The translations under genes were made by a program, and so were the position numbers. The notes below the pieces were generated by a model. That model was given only the letters and a program-made list of their open reading frames with translations, ran no database searches and was not told where the DNA came from. From the sequence record PP885688.1: DNA of 64,000 nucleotides. One strand, 5' to 3'. Positions within the stretch are counted from its first letter, which is position 1. The number at the start of each line of letters is the position of its first letter. Below are positions 54,767-63,414 of this stretch, one piece after another.

Positions 54767-54949
54767 TTGCAGATTTTGATCACACTCCCTTCTAGCGGTT
54801 TGCAGTCCCTTGGATACACATACCGGCGATCGGATACTCGCGGGTTAGGGTGGGGGCGAGGGTGGACGACTTGGTCATCAGCAACTACCTCCTAGGAGTG
54901 GAACTGGCTCGGGGTGACCGGCCTTACAAAAGGGTGGCGAAGTCGGATC

Positions 54950-55117
54950 TCACTCGGACTTCAATCGCTCCGAGTAGGGGAGGTTCTTGCACCCGCAGGC
55001 GGCGCAGGCACCGAAGCTCGGTTGGTGTGAGCACGTGAGGCAAAAGCAGACCTTCACACCTTCGAAGACTTCTTTGAGCAGCTTGTTGAACGCCTCGCGC
55101 TCTTCCGGGGTCCTCAT
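54950..55117 (-). CDS. Small zinc-ribbon protein (55 aa)
   Basis: CLTC...CAAC; ATGA coupling. Confidence 0.6.
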   Translation of the reverse strand: MRTPEEREAFNKLLKEVFEGVKVCFCLTCSHQPSFGACAACGCKNLPYSERLKSE

Positions 55118-55689
55118 GGAGCGAGCACCACTTCGTGGCTCCACTCCTCCCGTTCGATGTCGGCGCTGTAGCGTGTGGGCTGACCCTCAAAGGTGACGTC
55201 CAGCTGATAGTGGGGGCACACATCAGCCATCGTCTGGCCGGGGTGATCGGTGTACACAGGCACTCCGTTCTGGCCGATATAGTCGTGCGTCGAGCCGAAC
55301 GAGGATACCTCGCATTCAGCGTCCACCATCCACAGATGGACCATGGGCCTCTTGATGCAGGCGCGATTGGGCATTCCGTTGACGCGCATGTGTTCACAGT
55401 CTAGACAGGACTTATGTTCAGCGGTTCCATTGAGGATTAGAAACCCGTTCTCTAGAAGCTCCGACTGCTGTCGCTTCCTGTTCCGGCCCCAAGGTTTCGG
55501 CCAAGTCGCCAGGTCTGCCAGCCAGGCGGCATTCACGCTGGCCTCCACCACTGTTTCCTCCACAAGGGCTGGGGGAGTCAAAGGCACGGGCGTGGCTTCC
55601 GTGCTGACAGCTGCCGCAGTGAGCAGCTTCGGAGAGAGAGCATGTGCTGTGAGCGCTGCGACACCCGCGATGAGCTTCCGACGATTCAT
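55114..55689 (-). CDS. Tat-signal protein with Cys/His cluster
   Basis: MNRRKLIAGVAAL twin-arginine motif; CLDCEH..C and CPHY. Confidence 0.65.
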   Translation of the reverse strand: MNRRKLIAGVAALTAHALSPKLLTAAAVSTEATPVPLTPPALVEETVVEASVNAAWLADLATWPKPWGRNRKRQQSELLENGFLILNGTAEHKSCLDCEHMRVNGMPNRACIKRPMVHLWMVDAECEVSSFGSTHDYIGQNGVPVYTDHPGQTMADVCPHYQLDVTFEGQPTRYSADIEREEWSHEVVLAP

Positions 55690-56111
55690 ACTGTGACTTC
55701 TTTCTGTGGAGCTAATACAGTGACGTCGTGGCGGACCAGCTCCACGTCGCGAATATGTTTCCGGGTGAGGTAGTCGTTGTACATGGTACGGGCGATCTCT
55801 TCGACGAGGAAGGGTTGACTACTGCCTGGCTTGCCTTCCATGAGTCCTTGCGACCAGACCCAGCGGACGATCCAGCGGGTCTTCTCCAGCTTGCCTAGAC
55901 GCGCGTGGCATAGAGCCCAGATACATCCCAGGGCAAACGTCTGCACGTCACTCGACAGAGGGTCAGCAGTGTAGCCTGCGTTGATGTAGATCCCGTCGGG
56001 GAAACCAGGGTCTGCGACGACCGAATACTTGTCACATTCAAAGTACATCGCGAGCGCTTTGTTGGTGGCGGCGATCATCTCCGCGTCCATCCTCACGTCT
56101 TCTACTTTCAT
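55686..56111 (-). CDS. Hypothetical protein (141 aa)
   Basis: ATGA coupling at both ends. Confidence 0.65.
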   Translation of the reverse strand: MKVEDVRMDAEMIAATNKALAMYFECDKYSVVADPGFPDGIYINAGYTADPLSSDVQTFALGCIWALCHARLGKLEKTRWIVRWVWSQGLMEGKPGSSQPFLVEEIARTMYNDYLTRKHIRDVELVRHDVTVLAPQKEVTV

Positions 56112-56416
56112 GTCGTGCTCGCTTTCTTCTGGATCGAAAACTTCAACGTCGTCAGGTCGTAGCCCCGCTTGACCAGCTCCTGTATGAAGCTGTCCTCGTA
56201 CACGCTCCACATGTAACGAGGGGATCCCAGTGGTGCATCGTAGTTCGTCCGGGCACGGGGAGCGGAGAAGGCCCAGTGCATGAGGTGACCGTCCGCGATG
56301 TTGATGCCCTCGCCCCACGCGTAGCAGAGATCTGGATTGTTGTGCTCGTCAGGCTTGGCCCAGGCAGCGCGAAGCTGGCCGGGCTTAGCCCTAAGCCGCC
56401 GGTAACGCTTTGGCAC
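56108..56416 (-). CDS. Conserved phage hypothetical protein (102 aa)
   Basis: SFIQELVKRGYDLTTLKFSI motif. Confidence 0.7.
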   Translation of the reverse strand: MPKRYRRLRAKPGQLRAAWAKPDEHNNPDLCYAWGEGINIADGHLMHWAFSAPRARTNYDAPLGSPRYMWSVYEDSFIQELVKRGYDLTTLKFSIQKKASTT

Positions 56417-57368
56417 TGCGCACCCCCGTGTGGAGTTCGATGTCGGGGTGGAGTAGAGCCCGTAGCTTCTCGAGAGTCTCCTGGATGTGTCCTGGGCTGG
56501 CAGAGGTCAACGCCAGCACCGAGTTCATGCGGGGGACCAATTGTGTCAGCTCTTTCTTGTCGGTCACCAACAAGCTGAAGAGACGCGCGGTCACCTTGCG
56601 AGCGAAGAGAGAGTCGTTGAGGATGCTGCCGCCGGACTTCGACGTGAACACATAAGGGACTGTGTCGACAGCGAACTTGCCGTCACCGTAGCCCTCCTTG
56701 AGGAGCAACGGAGCCGCGTCCCAGGTGAAGTAGTAAGCGGTCCGGAAGAGCGGGAGGTGAAGGAACTTATCTCCGCCGACGCCGAGCATCGACAAGTTGC
56801 CGCTATCGACCAGCGTCGGTGTGGATCCGATTGGGCTGACACGGTAACTCATCGCGGAGAAGGGAGTCGTCTTCGTGATGATGTTGAGCGCCTTCAGCGT
56901 CGAGAGGTCGTGGTTATACTCCTGCTGCTCTACGGTCGCGGCGGTCTTGAACATCTTCGGCTTGGCATCGAACGGGCTCGGCGTCTTACCTTCCCACTTC
57001 GCCTGCAGCTCGTTGGAGACATTGTTCGCAGCGGCGGAGGAGTAGCTGAGGGAGTGTATTGGCTGGACGTTTAGGTAGACCTGGGTGAATAGGTTGAAGT
57101 CGAGCTCGTGATACAGGTGCCCTAGGATCGATAGTATGTCGTGTGGTGTAGCCAGGGCCTTTACTTCGAGGCCATGCTCACGCCAGACGATACGCAGCTC
57201 CTTGCGGAGGATGTGGTGCCAGCGATCGGTGCGGTCGAATTCGATGCCGGGGAAGTAGGTCTCGTGCAGGGCCTTGAGAGTCTCTTCACTCTGAAAGTGC
57301 TTCTGGATGACGGTAGCGAACTGCTTGGCTACGCGGGCGTAGATGAGGTCGACGTCTAGATCTGACAT
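56391..57368 (-). CDS. Hypothetical protein (325 aa)
   Basis: AAGGT RBS, codon bias. Confidence 0.7.
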   Translation of the reverse strand: MSDLDVDLIYARVAKQFATVIQKHFQSEETLKALHETYFPGIEFDRTDRWHHILRKELRIVWREHGLEVKALATPHDILSILGHLYHELDFNLFTQVYLNVQPIHSLSYSSAAANNVSNELQAKWEGKTPSPFDAKPKMFKTAATVEQQEYNHDLSTLKALNIITKTTPFSAMSYRVSPIGSTPTLVDSGNLSMLGVGGDKFLHLPLFRTAYYFTWDAAPLLLKEGYGDGKFAVDTVPYVFTSKSGGSILNDSLFARKVTARLFSLLVTDKKELTQLVPRMNSVLALTSASPGHIQETLEKLRALLHPDIELHTGVRSAKALPAA

Positions 57369-57386
57369 GGTGATACCTTTCGGGCG

Positions 57387-57731
57387 CTAGTAGCCGCGCT
57401 CAGCCTGAACCTTGAGTGGGGGAAGGGACTTGGACTTGATGTCAGCAAGGCGGCCCTTCGCGTAGGCGGTGAACAGTTCAAGATCCTCGATGTGGTGCTT
57501 GAGGGTCTGGAAGGTTGCGGTGTCATAGTCCTGCGGGTTGTCGAGAACGTACTTCATCTCGGAGATCAGCCGGTCGGTCTCGCCGATCAACTTGATCTCG
57601 CATGGCTTCACGACGGGTGGTGCGTCCACGTCTTTGCGCCTGTGGCAATCTCGCCCGAAGTCCTCCCGGCAGTGAGGAAACCGGCATTCGTTTTCGTCGT
57701 AAGGGCACGGGATGTTGGTGAAGCTGCTCAT
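57387..57731 (-). CDS. Hypothetical protein with N-terminal Cys cluster
   Basis: CPY...C..PHC....C. Confidence 0.65.
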   Translation of the reverse strand: MSSFTNIPCPYDENECRFPHCREDFGRDCHRRKDVDAPPVVKPCEIKLIGETDRLISEMKYVLDNPQDYDTATFQTLKHHIEDLELFTAYAKGRLADIKSKSLPPLKVQAERGY

Positions 57732-58090
57732 GCTGTGACTTCTTTCTGTTTGGGTTGCCAGTTCTTGCGGCCTAGCTTTGCTACTGGCTGCTGTTCGCCA
57801 CCGCAGACGATTGCGTCAGCGACTGAGCACCAGTTCGTTGGCCACGGCCTCGCTATGTCGAGGACGGAGATGACGACCCGGGCTCCCGCCTGGATGAGGA
57901 TCATGTTGTAAGGCGCGAGCAGCGGGTTCGCCTGCTCCACGCTGATGGTTGCGCCGCAGTCGTCGTCGATCTCTTTCACGGAGTCATAGACCTGGAAGGG
58001 GACACCATACTTCTCCAGCCAGTGCGGGGACATCTTCTCCCATTTCTTTGCCGCGTTGAACGATCGCTCCGCTGCCTGTTCGTAGCTCAT
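57728..58090 (-). CDS. Hypothetical protein (120 aa)
   Basis: ATGA coupling. Confidence 0.65.
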   Translation of the reverse strand: MSYEQAAERSFNAAKKWEKMSPHWLEKYGVPFQVYDSVKEIDDDCGATISVEQANPLLAPYNMILIQAGARVVISVLDIARPWPTNWCSVADAIVCGGEQQPVAKLGRKNWQPKQKEVTA

Positions 58091-58737
58091 GCTGTGACCT
58101 CGAACGGGATGCGTGGTGTGGTGTAGGCCAGCATCAGCGGGTGGTAGGGCGTGCCGTTCTTGCTCATACCGAGGCAGGAGATCGGTAGCTCGGGACGGAC
58201 GCGACGGATCATGTCGATGACCTGAGCCGGACGTTCCCGAAGGCTCTTATCCTCGACTTTCTTGCGCAGCGTGCTCTCACACCCCCATGCAGCAACCACA
58301 TGAGTCGAGTCCGCGATGACGCCGGTGAGGATGGCGTCATTGTCAGGACCGATCGGATCCCAAGGTTCATCGTTCTCCTCGGTGTCCAGCGACCCGCACT
58401 TCTCGCAAGGCCTGGGCCCTGTGTATTCACCATCCAGCTGCACCCATTCGTGGAGGCAGGTGCCACACATGACGCTGATGAAGTTCTCGAACAAGTCGAG
58501 TGGATCGCGTGAGCGTAGTGCAAAGAGATTGACTACACGGATCCGGCCAAAGCCCCAGGTCTTCGCGAAGCCGACACACTTGCGGATCGTGGCGTCGTCG
58601 ATGGTGGCGTCGGCGGTCGACGGGTTCATCATGATGAAGGTGACGATCGGTAGCAAGTCGTCCCAGTCGCGGCTGAGCCAGTAGCGGTAGTTCCTGCAGG
58701 GTGACAGCAGTGCATTCTTAGCTGTTGAGTTATCCAC
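58087..58737 (-). CDS. DUF1643 family protein with inserted zinc ribbon
   Basis: ALLSPCRNYRYWL.R.W, FIMMNPSTADA..DDATIRKC, VVNLFALRS, VVAAWG, HPL. Confidence 0.85.
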   Translation of the reverse strand: MDNSTAKNALLSPCRNYRYWLSRDWDDLLPIVTFIMMNPSTADATIDDATIRKCVGFAKTWGFGRIRVVNLFALRSRDPLDLFENFISVMCGTCLHEWVQLDGEYTGPRPCEKCGSLDTEENDEPWDPIGPDNDAILTGVIADSTHVVAAWGCESTLRKKVEDKSLRERPAQVIDMIRRVRPELPISCLGMSKNGTPYHPLMLAYTTPRIPFEVTA

Positions 58738-59089
58738 GCTTGCGACCTACCTTCTGCTTGATCCAGTCGAACTTCCGGCGCTTGGTGCGGAGGTTCGAGT
58801 CAGAGCCACAGTGGCGGCAGAGGTTGTGCTTCTTGGCGCAGCTCATGCAGACTGTGTCGGAGTTCGTGTTGTGGTGGACCAGCTCGTCGCCGCAGAGCCC
58901 GCAGGGGCGATAGCAGAACGCGTTGCCTGCGATCGAGCCCCGCAAGAAGTAGAAGCAATGCGGGCAGAGTGCCTGTTGGTCACGCGCCTTACGGTCAACG
59001 TCGCTGGCGATACGCTCGGCAGTCTCGAGATAGTCATCGAGGGCCTTGCGCTTCGCTGCCGTGCGGAACGCGACCGACTCGGCGCTCAT
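58730..59089 (-). CDS. Multi-CxxC zinc-binding phage protein
   Basis: CPHC, CGLC, CMSC and CRHC. Confidence 0.7.
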   Translation of the reverse strand: MSAESVAFRTAAKRKALDDYLETAERIASDVDRKARDQQALCPHCFYFLRGSIAGNAFCYRPCGLCGDELVHHNTNSDTVCMSCAKKHNLCRHCGSDSNLRTKRRKFDWIKQKVGRKRG

Positions 59090-59129
59090 GCTGATGGCGG
59101 ACTGTCTCACAGGACCGCCGCCGGGATGT

Positions 59130-60128
59130 TCACCACTCCGTCCCGCTTGGGGTTTTGAGAGCGATCCCGATGAGACGGTCGGTGCCAGCTTGGTACATCG
59201 GCGTACCCTCAGGAATCTCGCGCGTCTCAGGCTTCTTCGCCGGGATGTAGATGTCCGTTGCGAACATGCCGCAGGCGGAGGCGATGTCAGCGCCGGGGCT
59301 GTCATACCACTCGGTGGGGATGCCCAACTCTTCGAGCATCGAGCGGAAGTACTTCGTCCACTCCTCGTCAGGGGAGAGGTGGGGATCACCAGGGGCTGGG
59401 TTGTACTTGAGGAACTTGACTGGAATCTTCGACTCGACGAGGAGGCTGCGGAGAGTCCATCCATCGCGGACCGTGTCATTGACGCCGTCGATCAATGTGT
59501 AGTGGATCTCTACAGGGTTGCCGGTGAGCCTGCGGTAGTCGCTGAGCATGTAGAGCGCTTGCGCGATCGAGGTCGCTGTGGGCATCCACTCCAGACGCTT
59601 GGCATTGTTTGTATAGTGCAGCGACAGATGTACCTTTACCGGCAGCCGGAGACCGGCGATCGTGTTGATGAAGTTCTGGAAGTCCGCTACGTGCTTGAAA
59701 GGCATCATCGTGGCAAGACCGAAGCGCACGTTGAGGTTGATGAGCGCTCCCCAGCCACGAAGGCGGATCATTGCGTGAATCAGTTCAGCGGTGTTCGCCA
59801 TCGGCTCGCCTACGCCCATGAAGGAGACCAGCAGGTCGCCTTCGGTTTCGGCGAAGCCAGCGTCAACGAAGGCCTCGCGGGCGATACTCTCGATCTCGAA
59901 ACGGGTGAGGTTGGTGACCGCTACCTTACCGGCGAGACCAGTCGTGTGACAGAACTTGCAGGCCTGAGCGCAGTTGGTTTGGGTGGGGAGGCAGAGGATG
60001 ACCTTGCCGTCCTGCTTATCAATGGCACTCACCTCGATGGTGGTGTCACCGCTTGGCCGGGCGAGCGTATAGATCAGCTTTTGCGTCCGGTCCTTCTGAG
60101 AGTGGATCCTGTCCTGCAAGGTAAGCAT
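59130..60128 (-). CDS. RlmN/Cfr-family radical SAM RNA methyltransferase
   Basis: ILCLPTQTNCAQACKFCHT (CxxxCxxC plus the upstream Cys), SFMGVGEP, LSLH, YTLIDGVND, GADIASACG. Confidence 0.88.
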   Translation of the reverse strand: MLTLQDRIHSQKDRTQKLIYTLARPSGDTTIEVSAIDKQDGKVILCLPTQTNCAQACKFCHTTGLAGKVAVTNLTRFEIESIAREAFVDAGFAETEGDLLVSFMGVGEPMANTAELIHAMIRLRGWGALINLNVRFGLATMMPFKHVADFQNFINTIAGLRLPVKVHLSLHYTNNAKRLEWMPTATSIAQALYMLSDYRRLTGNPVEIHYTLIDGVNDTVRDGWTLRSLLVESKIPVKFLKYNPAPGDPHLSPDEEWTKYFRSMLEELGIPTEWYDSPGADIASACGMFATDIYIPAKKPETREIPEGTPMYQAGTDRLIGIALKTPSGTEW

Positions 60129-60134
60129 GAGGGC

Positions 60135-60170
60135 TAATACTCAAAAACTGAGCCTCGCCCTCAATTCGAA
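60135..60170 (-). promoter_or_regulatory. Class I promoter motif, leaderless geometry
   Basis: TTCGAATTGAGG-N16-GAGTATTA, 6 nt before the ATG. Confidence 0.7.
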
Positions 60171-60176
60171 AAGAAT

Positions 60177-60437
60177 TTATTTCTTCGGTCCCTGGATACA
60201 GACTTCGATGTCACCGGCCTTGAAGGTCAGGGCCTTACCCTCACCAAGTTTGGCGAGTGTCTCGCGGTTGAGTCCGACACGAACTTTGCGTACGGGCTGC
60301 TCCTCGGTGTGTTCACCGAAGACCTTTGCGAATAGGCTGTTGGGTCCCTCGAACGTGCGACCGAACAGACTATCGGGTCCGTCGAAAGTCTCCTCAAAGA
60401 TGGAGCGTGGCTTGGGGGTGGGTGCTTTCTTAGACAT
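60177..60437 (-). CDS. Hypothetical protein (86 aa)
   Basis: Coupled ORF. Confidence 0.65.
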   Translation of the reverse strand: MSKKAPTPKPRSIFEETFDGPDSLFGRTFEGPNSLFAKVFGEHTEEQPVRKVRVGLNRETLAKLGEGKALTFKAGDIEVCIQGPKK

Positions 60438-60723
60438 ACTTTCCTTTCACCTCAAACCGGCGACGCTTGATATCCGCGATCGAGATCATGGGCATCGATG
60501 CGATCTCGAAAGTAGGAACAGTGACGCGCCTGGGCACGGGCTGGATTGCTACAGGGTTGAAGACCATGGACGGCATGATCTCTTTCATCGACTCACCGAT
60601 CGCACGAAGATCTGGCTTCGGTGCCGGGGCAGGGAAGAGCTGCATCATCCACTTTGGCGCTAGCGCGAACGCCAGGGCGACAAGGGGAAAGCGGAAGAAC
60701 TGGCGACGTGTCATGGTCTGCAT
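60430..60723 (-). CDS. Small Tat-signal protein
   Basis: MTRRQFFRFPLVALAFALA. Confidence 0.6.
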   Translation of the reverse strand: MQTMTRRQFFRFPLVALAFALAPKWMMQLFPAPAPKPDLRAIGESMKEIMPSMVFNPVAIQPVPRRVTVPTFEIASMPMISIADIKRRRFEVKGKYV

Positions 60724-60725
60724 CG

Positions 60726-60839
60726 TTAGACCTTCGTTCGGATCCGCTTGACGAACGAGCGGAGGTAGGCGAGCAGACGTGCACGCCGGGTTGGCTTCGG
60801 CTTCACGTAGTACATCGGTAGCGGTTTATAGAGGCCCAT
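60726..60839 (-). CDS. 37-aa basic peptide (MGLYKPLPMYY...)
   Basis: GGAG RBS after a class I motif; not in the ORF track. Confidence 0.5.
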   Translation of the reverse strand: MGLYKPLPMYYVKPKPTRRARLLAYLRSFVKRIRTKV

Positions 60840-60869
60840 GAATGATCTCCGTTGGGAGGTACTCTTCTC

Positions 60870-60905
60870 TAATACCCACGCGGAGGGCTCGATCTTGAAT
60901 ATCGA
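60870..60905 (-). promoter_or_regulatory. Class I promoter motif
   Basis: TCGATATTCAAG-N16-GGGTATTA. Confidence 0.8.
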
Positions 60906-60910
60906 GCACG

Positions 60911-60940
60911 AAAAAGAGGACCCCCGGTCGAGGTCCTCTT
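60911..60940 (-). terminator. Intrinsic terminator
   Basis: AAGAGGACC/GGTCCTCTT stem followed by TTT on the minus strand. Confidence 0.7.
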
Positions 60941-60957
60941 ATGTGCCATGAAGCTGG

Positions 60958-61716
60958 TTATACGGTGGCTGGCCGATACTCTACGATCTGCGGAGGGAAC
61001 GTGAAGTCGGATATGACGCCAGAGGTCAGTCCGAACAGCATGTCAACCTGCACATCGCGGATGCGAACCGGGTGAGGGTTTTCGCTACAGCGGTACTTCA
61101 ACAGGATCATGCTAACGATCGTGCTGTGGAACTCGCGAAGGTCGTCCCTGACGCTGAGGCCAATGGTGGTATCGGCGAGCCTGTGTATTTCGCTGTAGGG
61201 CAGGTCGTCAATTTCGAGACCCTCTGGGCGGAGGCGGGAGGCGGCGACACGGATGGTTGCAACGATCGTCACGCCGTACACGACACAGACCTTGCGGAGG
61301 GCCTCCAGCTGCCCTGCTGCTGCCCTGTGATCGCGCGGGAGATACTCCTGTAGATCGTCGATCAAGATGATGTTTGGCCTGGAGGTGACCGGCAGCAGGA
61401 TCAGGTGCACATTGAGGAGAGACGACAGATTCAGCGAGAGGTGCGGATTCTTCACGCTTGAGACTACCGTTTCGAGATCGATCTTTGTGCCGTTTGCCAT
61501 TCTGGGATCCGACGCCATCCGAAAGATGATGGTGGCCTCGGTGTCCGCCAGGGACTCGGTCGTGAAGTGAGTGACCCGAAGCTTCGAGAGGAGGGCCGCT
61601 GCCGTGATGTTCCGCAGCATGGTCGTCTTGTAGTGACCCATGCCACCGGCGATCACAACGAACTGACCATGACGGACCGGGACATCATTGAAGAGTGAGA
61701 GGTGGGACTTGAACAT
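60958..61716 (-). CDS. Divergent DnaB-like RecA-fold ATPase (C-terminal domain only)
   Basis: VIAGGMGHYKTT, VTHFTTE, ILIDDLQ, LRKVC..YGVTIVAT, RP..DDL, ADTTIGL. Confidence 0.65.
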   Translation of the reverse strand: MFKSHLSLFNDVPVRHGQFVVIAGGMGHYKTTMLRNITAAALLSKLRVTHFTTESLADTEATIIFRMASDPRMANGTKIDLETVVSSVKNPHLSLNLSSLLNVHLILLPVTSRPNIILIDDLQEYLPRDHRAAAGQLEALRKVCVVYGVTIVATIRVAASRLRPEGLEIDDLPYSEIHRLADTTIGLSVRDDLREFHSTIVSMILLKYRCSENPHPVRIRDVQVDMLFGLTSGVISDFTFPPQIVEYRPATV

Positions 61717-61729
61717 GTGAGTCTCTTTC

Positions 61730-61969
61730 TTAGGCTGAGAAACGGTCGATGAGGTAGTAGCCCGAGACGCCGGTGAAGAACGCGACTGGGTCACCTGAGT
61801 CGGAGACGTAGGCCTCATGGCGCACGGTCGTGTCGACGGTGTCCCCTGAGTCCTTGCGGAGCTTACCGGCGGTCCCCACGGGGTAGCGGCGGTTGAACTC
61901 CACGACGTCGCTGGCGGCTGCGGCCTTCGTTGCTGCGCGGTCGGATGTTGTGCGTCGTGCCACGGTCAC
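61730..61969 (-). CDS. Hypothetical protein (79 aa)
   Basis: FNRRYPVGT...TVRHEAY pattern, GTGA coupling. Confidence 0.65.
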   Translation of the reverse strand: MTVARRTTSDRAATKAAAASDVVEFNRRYPVGTAGKLRKDSGDTVDTTVRHEAYVSDSGDPVAFFTGVSGYYLIDRFSA

Positions 61970-62397
61970 TCCCCTGGGGCGCGGTAGCGCTCAAGGTGTC
62001 CAATGGCATCCTCGACCCATGACTTATAGACCGGGACCGTGCAGATAGCTGTACGTACCGTGGAGGGAGTTCCATAAAACTTGGGGTTGCTGTCGCAGAA
62101 TACTACGACCTCGTGATCCTCCTCCAACTCGCGCATCACCTTGGTCAGCTCAGCACTGTTCCTCACCGATAGGTTGATGGTGGTGATTGGATCCGTACCG
62201 TACTCGTCGATGTTCTCCATCCGCATCTTGGAGACGACGTGCTCGCCCTGGGCCATGAGACGTCCGGCTTCCATGATGATCGTCGTTGTGCTTTTGGATG
62301 CCCGGCCCATGGTCGGTACCTGCACGCTGAGTGGCAGGATCACGTAGATCCGCTTCTCATCCGGTTTCGTCTTCGCCTTGCTCAACTTCTTTGCCAT
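61966..62397 (-). CDS. Peptidyl-tRNA hydrolase 2 (PTH2)-fold protein
   Basis: IYVIL, GRLMAQGEH, TINLSV.NSAEL, VFCD..P.F, RTAICTVP. Confidence 0.55.
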   Translation of the reverse strand: MAKKLSKAKTKPDEKRIYVILPLSVQVPTMGRASKSTTTIIMEAGRLMAQGEHVVSKMRMENIDEYGTDPITTINLSVRNSAELTKVMRELEEDHEVVVFCDSNPKFYGTPSTVRTAICTVPVYKSWVEDAIGHLERYRAPGE

Positions 62398-62405
62398 CAC
62401 TTCTC

Positions 62406-63410
62406 CTATAGACCGCACAGCTCGGCGGCCAGGTCGTACAGCTTGGGTTCGTTGGCCGGGCACAACTCCCGGAGGACGTCGCGCTCGTCGGTCGACTCGA
62501 TGCCGGTGACAGCCGTGTCCATCTCTTTGAAGAACTGGATGACCTCATCCGACTGCCGGACCCGCTCGACTTCGTTGTTGGCTGCTGTGAAGGCGATCTC
62601 CAACGGTTTGACTGGGACGAGAACTTCCTTGAATCCAATCTTATTAGGCTTGAACGAAATCACCGCTGCAGCCACTGGCCGGTCGACTTCATCCATCGCC
62701 AGGGACGCGCGAGAGAGTGAGCCCAGGCGGACATGGGTGCAGTTGCCGACTGTGACTGTCTCGGTGCGTGAGTGATCGTGGCCCCAGAGCGCCATGTCGT
62801 AGTCGCAGGCGGCCATCGTATCGAAGCCGATGATCGGCGTACCGAACATGGTGGGGTTCGACTCAGGGCTGCCGTACTGGTGCATAAGCACGATGCGGTA
62901 GGTGACTCCCTCTACGCGAGGCGGCGCATTGAGCACGCGATCGAGAGTGACCAAGTCATCGGCGTAGGGGTAGGCGTCGACCTGGACCCGTACGGAGCCG
63001 TCAGCATTCTCGAAGATGATGGACTCGGTGGAGATGTCGGTGTAAGCGCCGGAAGCGATCAGAGCGCCAATAGGCTGGCTCGGGATGCTGTCGGTGCGGT
63101 CCATGTAGATGTCGTGATTCCCGTGTGTCCCGAACTGCGTGCCGAGAGGATTGCGGCGTAGCGCGTATTCGAGAGCGGTGAGCAGAGAGAAGGTGTTGCC
63201 CCTCGCGGATGGGCTCTTCGAATGGAAGACGTCGCCACCGCAGAGGTGTACACCGTTGACCTGATGCGCGAGATCGGCACAGAAGTTGACCTTGGCCATG
63301 ATCTGATCGCGGTAATCACCGGTCCGGCGACCTGGCGGGTTGTCGGTGAGATGCCAATCAGTGGAAAATACAAAATTTACTGACGTGTGATCGAGCCTGA
63401 TGATGCGCAT
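62406..63410 (-). CDS. Mre11/SbcD/gp47-like metallophosphoesterase nuclease
   Basis: TDWH, GGDVFH, HGNHD, LMHQ, WGHDH, GSLSR. Confidence 0.85.
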   Translation of the reverse strand: MRIIRLDHTSVNFVFSTDWHLTDNPPGRRTGDYRDQIMAKVNFCADLAHQVNGVHLCGGDVFHSKSPSARGNTFSLLTALEYALRRNPLGTQFGTHGNHDIYMDRTDSIPSQPIGALIASGAYTDISTESIIFENADGSVRVQVDAYPYADDLVTLDRVLNAPPRVEGVTYRIVLMHQYGSPESNPTMFGTPIIGFDTMAACDYDMALWGHDHSRTETVTVGNCTHVRLGSLSRASLAMDEVDRPVAAAVISFKPNKIGFKEVLVPVKPLEIAFTAANNEVERVRQSDEVIQFFKEMDTAVTGIESTDERDVLRELCPANEPKLYDLAAELCGL

Positions 63411-63414
63411 AGAC

